Part shown: positions 30,831 to 32,000 of the stretch, piece after piece | Layout: each line of letters begins with the position of its first letter | Numbering within the stretch: position 1 is the stretch's first letter | Origin: Idiomarina loihiensis L2TR | GTDB lineage: Bacteria; Pseudomonadota; Gammaproteobacteria; Enterobacterales; Alteromonadaceae | Assembly (NCBI RefSeq): GCF_000008465.1 | Contig: NC_006512.1 | Span: 150,001-182,000, forward strand | Direction: 5' to 3' | DNA: 32,000 bases | Made by a program: the position numbers and the translations under genes | The notes under the pieces: generated by a model | Told to the model about the DNA's origin: nothing | The model's input: the letters and a program-made list of their open reading frames with translations, nothing else | Databases searched by the model: none

Positions 30831-32000
30831 TTAAAACGCATACCGCATACGCAGATACGCGTTGTTGTTTTCGGTGAACTGGCCAAAAAAGGTCTCTGGA
30901 CGTTCGCGGAAAAATAGGTTGAAGCCGCCGCTTAATGACCAGTTATCGTCAATGCGGTAGTCAAAAGTCGGCCGTAAATAGCCGTCGCTTTGATTCGGTG
31001 ATACAAAAGCAAACAACGACAGATTCAGATCATCACGCTCGTCGCGCCAGGTTAGACGGGTGGTGAATACGGTGCGTGTTTGGTTGTCGCCTTTCTCTAC
31101 GTAAGCCTGAAAGCCGCCGGTAAAGCGCGTCCATAATTCTTGCTCGTAGCCAACCAGTGCGCGCCAATGATCTTCTGCATCATGACGGTTGTAATTGGCG
31201 ACTTCAGTATTCACCAGTCCTGGTCCCAGAGGCATCCTAACGGAGGCGCCAACCACGGTTAAGCGGCCGAAGGTGGGTTGGAAGTTGTCAGTCACTGCCT
31301 CCGGGCTTTTGGTAAAGCCGTCGTAACCATAGACGGCGTATTCCACACCTTCGTGATTACGGAACAAGCGCAAAGCGTACTCATCGCGCGTGGGCTCAAC
31401 AAACTGAATGGACGGATCGTCGCCTGTCAGCTGCTGGGTTAGCGGATTAAAATAAGAAATGCGTTCACCGCGAATGTAATTGTCGGGGTCAAACTCAGGA
31501 GACCAGACAAAGTCGAGATTGAACCAGTCGAAGTAGCTGGTGATACGCAGTGCGTCAGATGGCGCCTTCAAGTATTCCTGGTCACGTCCGACAAAGAAGG
31601 ACTGCCAGTCTTTAGGGAACAGATCGTTAAGGAATAAGTAGTCGCCAGTGCCCCAGGTGAGTACCTGACGGCCAATTTTTATATCGGTGTTATCGAAAAC
31701 CGTAAACTGAGCATTAAGTTCGCGAATTTGACCGTGCCAGGTTTCATCAAAGCCGTCGTACCAGCCGTCGGCTTTTGCTGTCCAGGCAATATCTTGCCAG
31801 CGTTCGTCAAAACCCAACTGTAGTCGAGGCTCAGCAATAGACAGACGCTTGTGATAGGGGGAGGATTCAAATCGTCCGCCTATTGCCGCCTCAACATAAC
31901 CATAGACATCAATACCCTGGTCTTGTTCCGTTCCCCAGTCACTTTCCCATTCGTCATCCCCCCAGGAGTCCTGTGCCGATGCGGCCTGAGCCAAAGTGAA
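30831..32000 (-). CDS. outer-membrane beta-barrel protein of undetermined family, 5'-truncated at the window edge
   Basis: The frame stays open to nt 32000 (..FTLAQAASAQDS looks like the end of a signal peptide). Alternating beta-strand pattern, GRQVLTWGTGD block, and C-terminal YLRMRYAF ending in Phe. Confidence 0.6.
   Translation of the reverse strand, partial: FTLAQAASAQDSWGDDEWESDWGTEQDQGIDVYGYVEAAIGGRFESSPYHKRLSIAEPRLQLGFDERWQDIAWTAKADGWYDGFDETWHGQIRELNAQFTVFDNTDIKIGRQVLTWGTGDYLFLNDLFPKDWQSFFVGRDQEYLKAPSDALRITSYFDWFNLDFVWSPEFDPDNYIRGERISYFNPLTQQLTGDDPSIQFVEPTRDEYALRLFRNHEGVEYAVYGYDGFTKSPEAVTDNFQPTFGRLTVVGASVRMPLGPGLVNTEVANYNRHDAEDHWRALVGYEQELWTRFTGGFQAYVEKGDNQTRTVFTTRLTWRDERDDLNLSLFAFVSPNQSDGYLRPTFDYRIDDNWSLSGGFNLFFRERPETFFGQFTENNNAYLRMRYAF

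Noticed and set aside
30611-30886. 91-aa minus-strand ORF overlapping the DUF2892 gene and the OMP 3' end
   Set aside because: It is an alternative frame across two better-supported genes. The DUF2892 motif (FQQSFTGFCP) identifies the correct frame.
1-32000. Searched by eye for CRISPR repeats, tRNA/rRNA genes, IS/transposase or integrase genes, toxin-antitoxin pairs and defence-system hallmarks
   Set aside because: I recognised none. All ORFs over 100 aa are accounted for by metabolic, envelope or regulatory genes, and no intergenic gap exceeds about 360 bp. I did not compute GC skew or k-mer statistics, so subtle compositional islands cannot be excluded.

Overview
The window looks like a core-chromosome segment of a marine gammaproteobacterium. 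Alteromonadales-like is my guess from acidic secreted proteins and the protease domain types; it is not proven. I saw no tRNA or rRNA genes, CRISPR array, transposase, integrase or recognisable defence genes. Coding density is high, and the only gaps over 200 bp are four AT-rich regulatory regions.

Gene content, left to right:
- 1-3325: the tail of an aryl-polyene-type type II FAS/PKS cluster (KS-DH-KR-KS), followed by a small secreted protein.
- 3791-5929: a lipoprotein prolyl oligopeptidase.
- 6051-8160: an SPFH/HIR-like membrane protein, translationally coupled to an EAL-HDOD c-di-GMP phosphodiesterase.
- 8157-14198, minus strand: a complete suf Fe-S operon, sufBCDS-A-T-E.
- 14558-18724: a curli locus with non-E. 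coli architecture. csgD converges on a single csgB-csgA-(hairpin)-csgE-csgF-csgG unit, and the CsgA-like subunit is a 495-aa, very acidic curlin with about 40 GxxN strand units.
- 19042-23514: two large convergent secreted S8 subtilases. The first is divergent from csgBA.
- 23801-26502: a 2OG-Fe(II) oxygenase, a YebC-family regulator, and ompW behind a perfect FNR box.
- 26538-30173, minus strand: an operon of an OprC-type TonB-dependent copper receptor (CxxxM plus HxM site) with a RegB/RegA-type redox two-component system (GGxxNPF quinone motif).
- 30270-32000, minus strand: a 2-Cys SqrR/BigR-like ArsR repressor, a stand-alone DUF2892 membrane protein and a truncated outer-membrane barrel.

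The most interesting items are the giant Asp-rich curlin with its rewired operon and flanking proteases, and the copper receptor-RegBA operon. I see nothing that I can defend as a wholly new system. All calls come from reading motifs in the supplied translations and the DNA. No database search was run.
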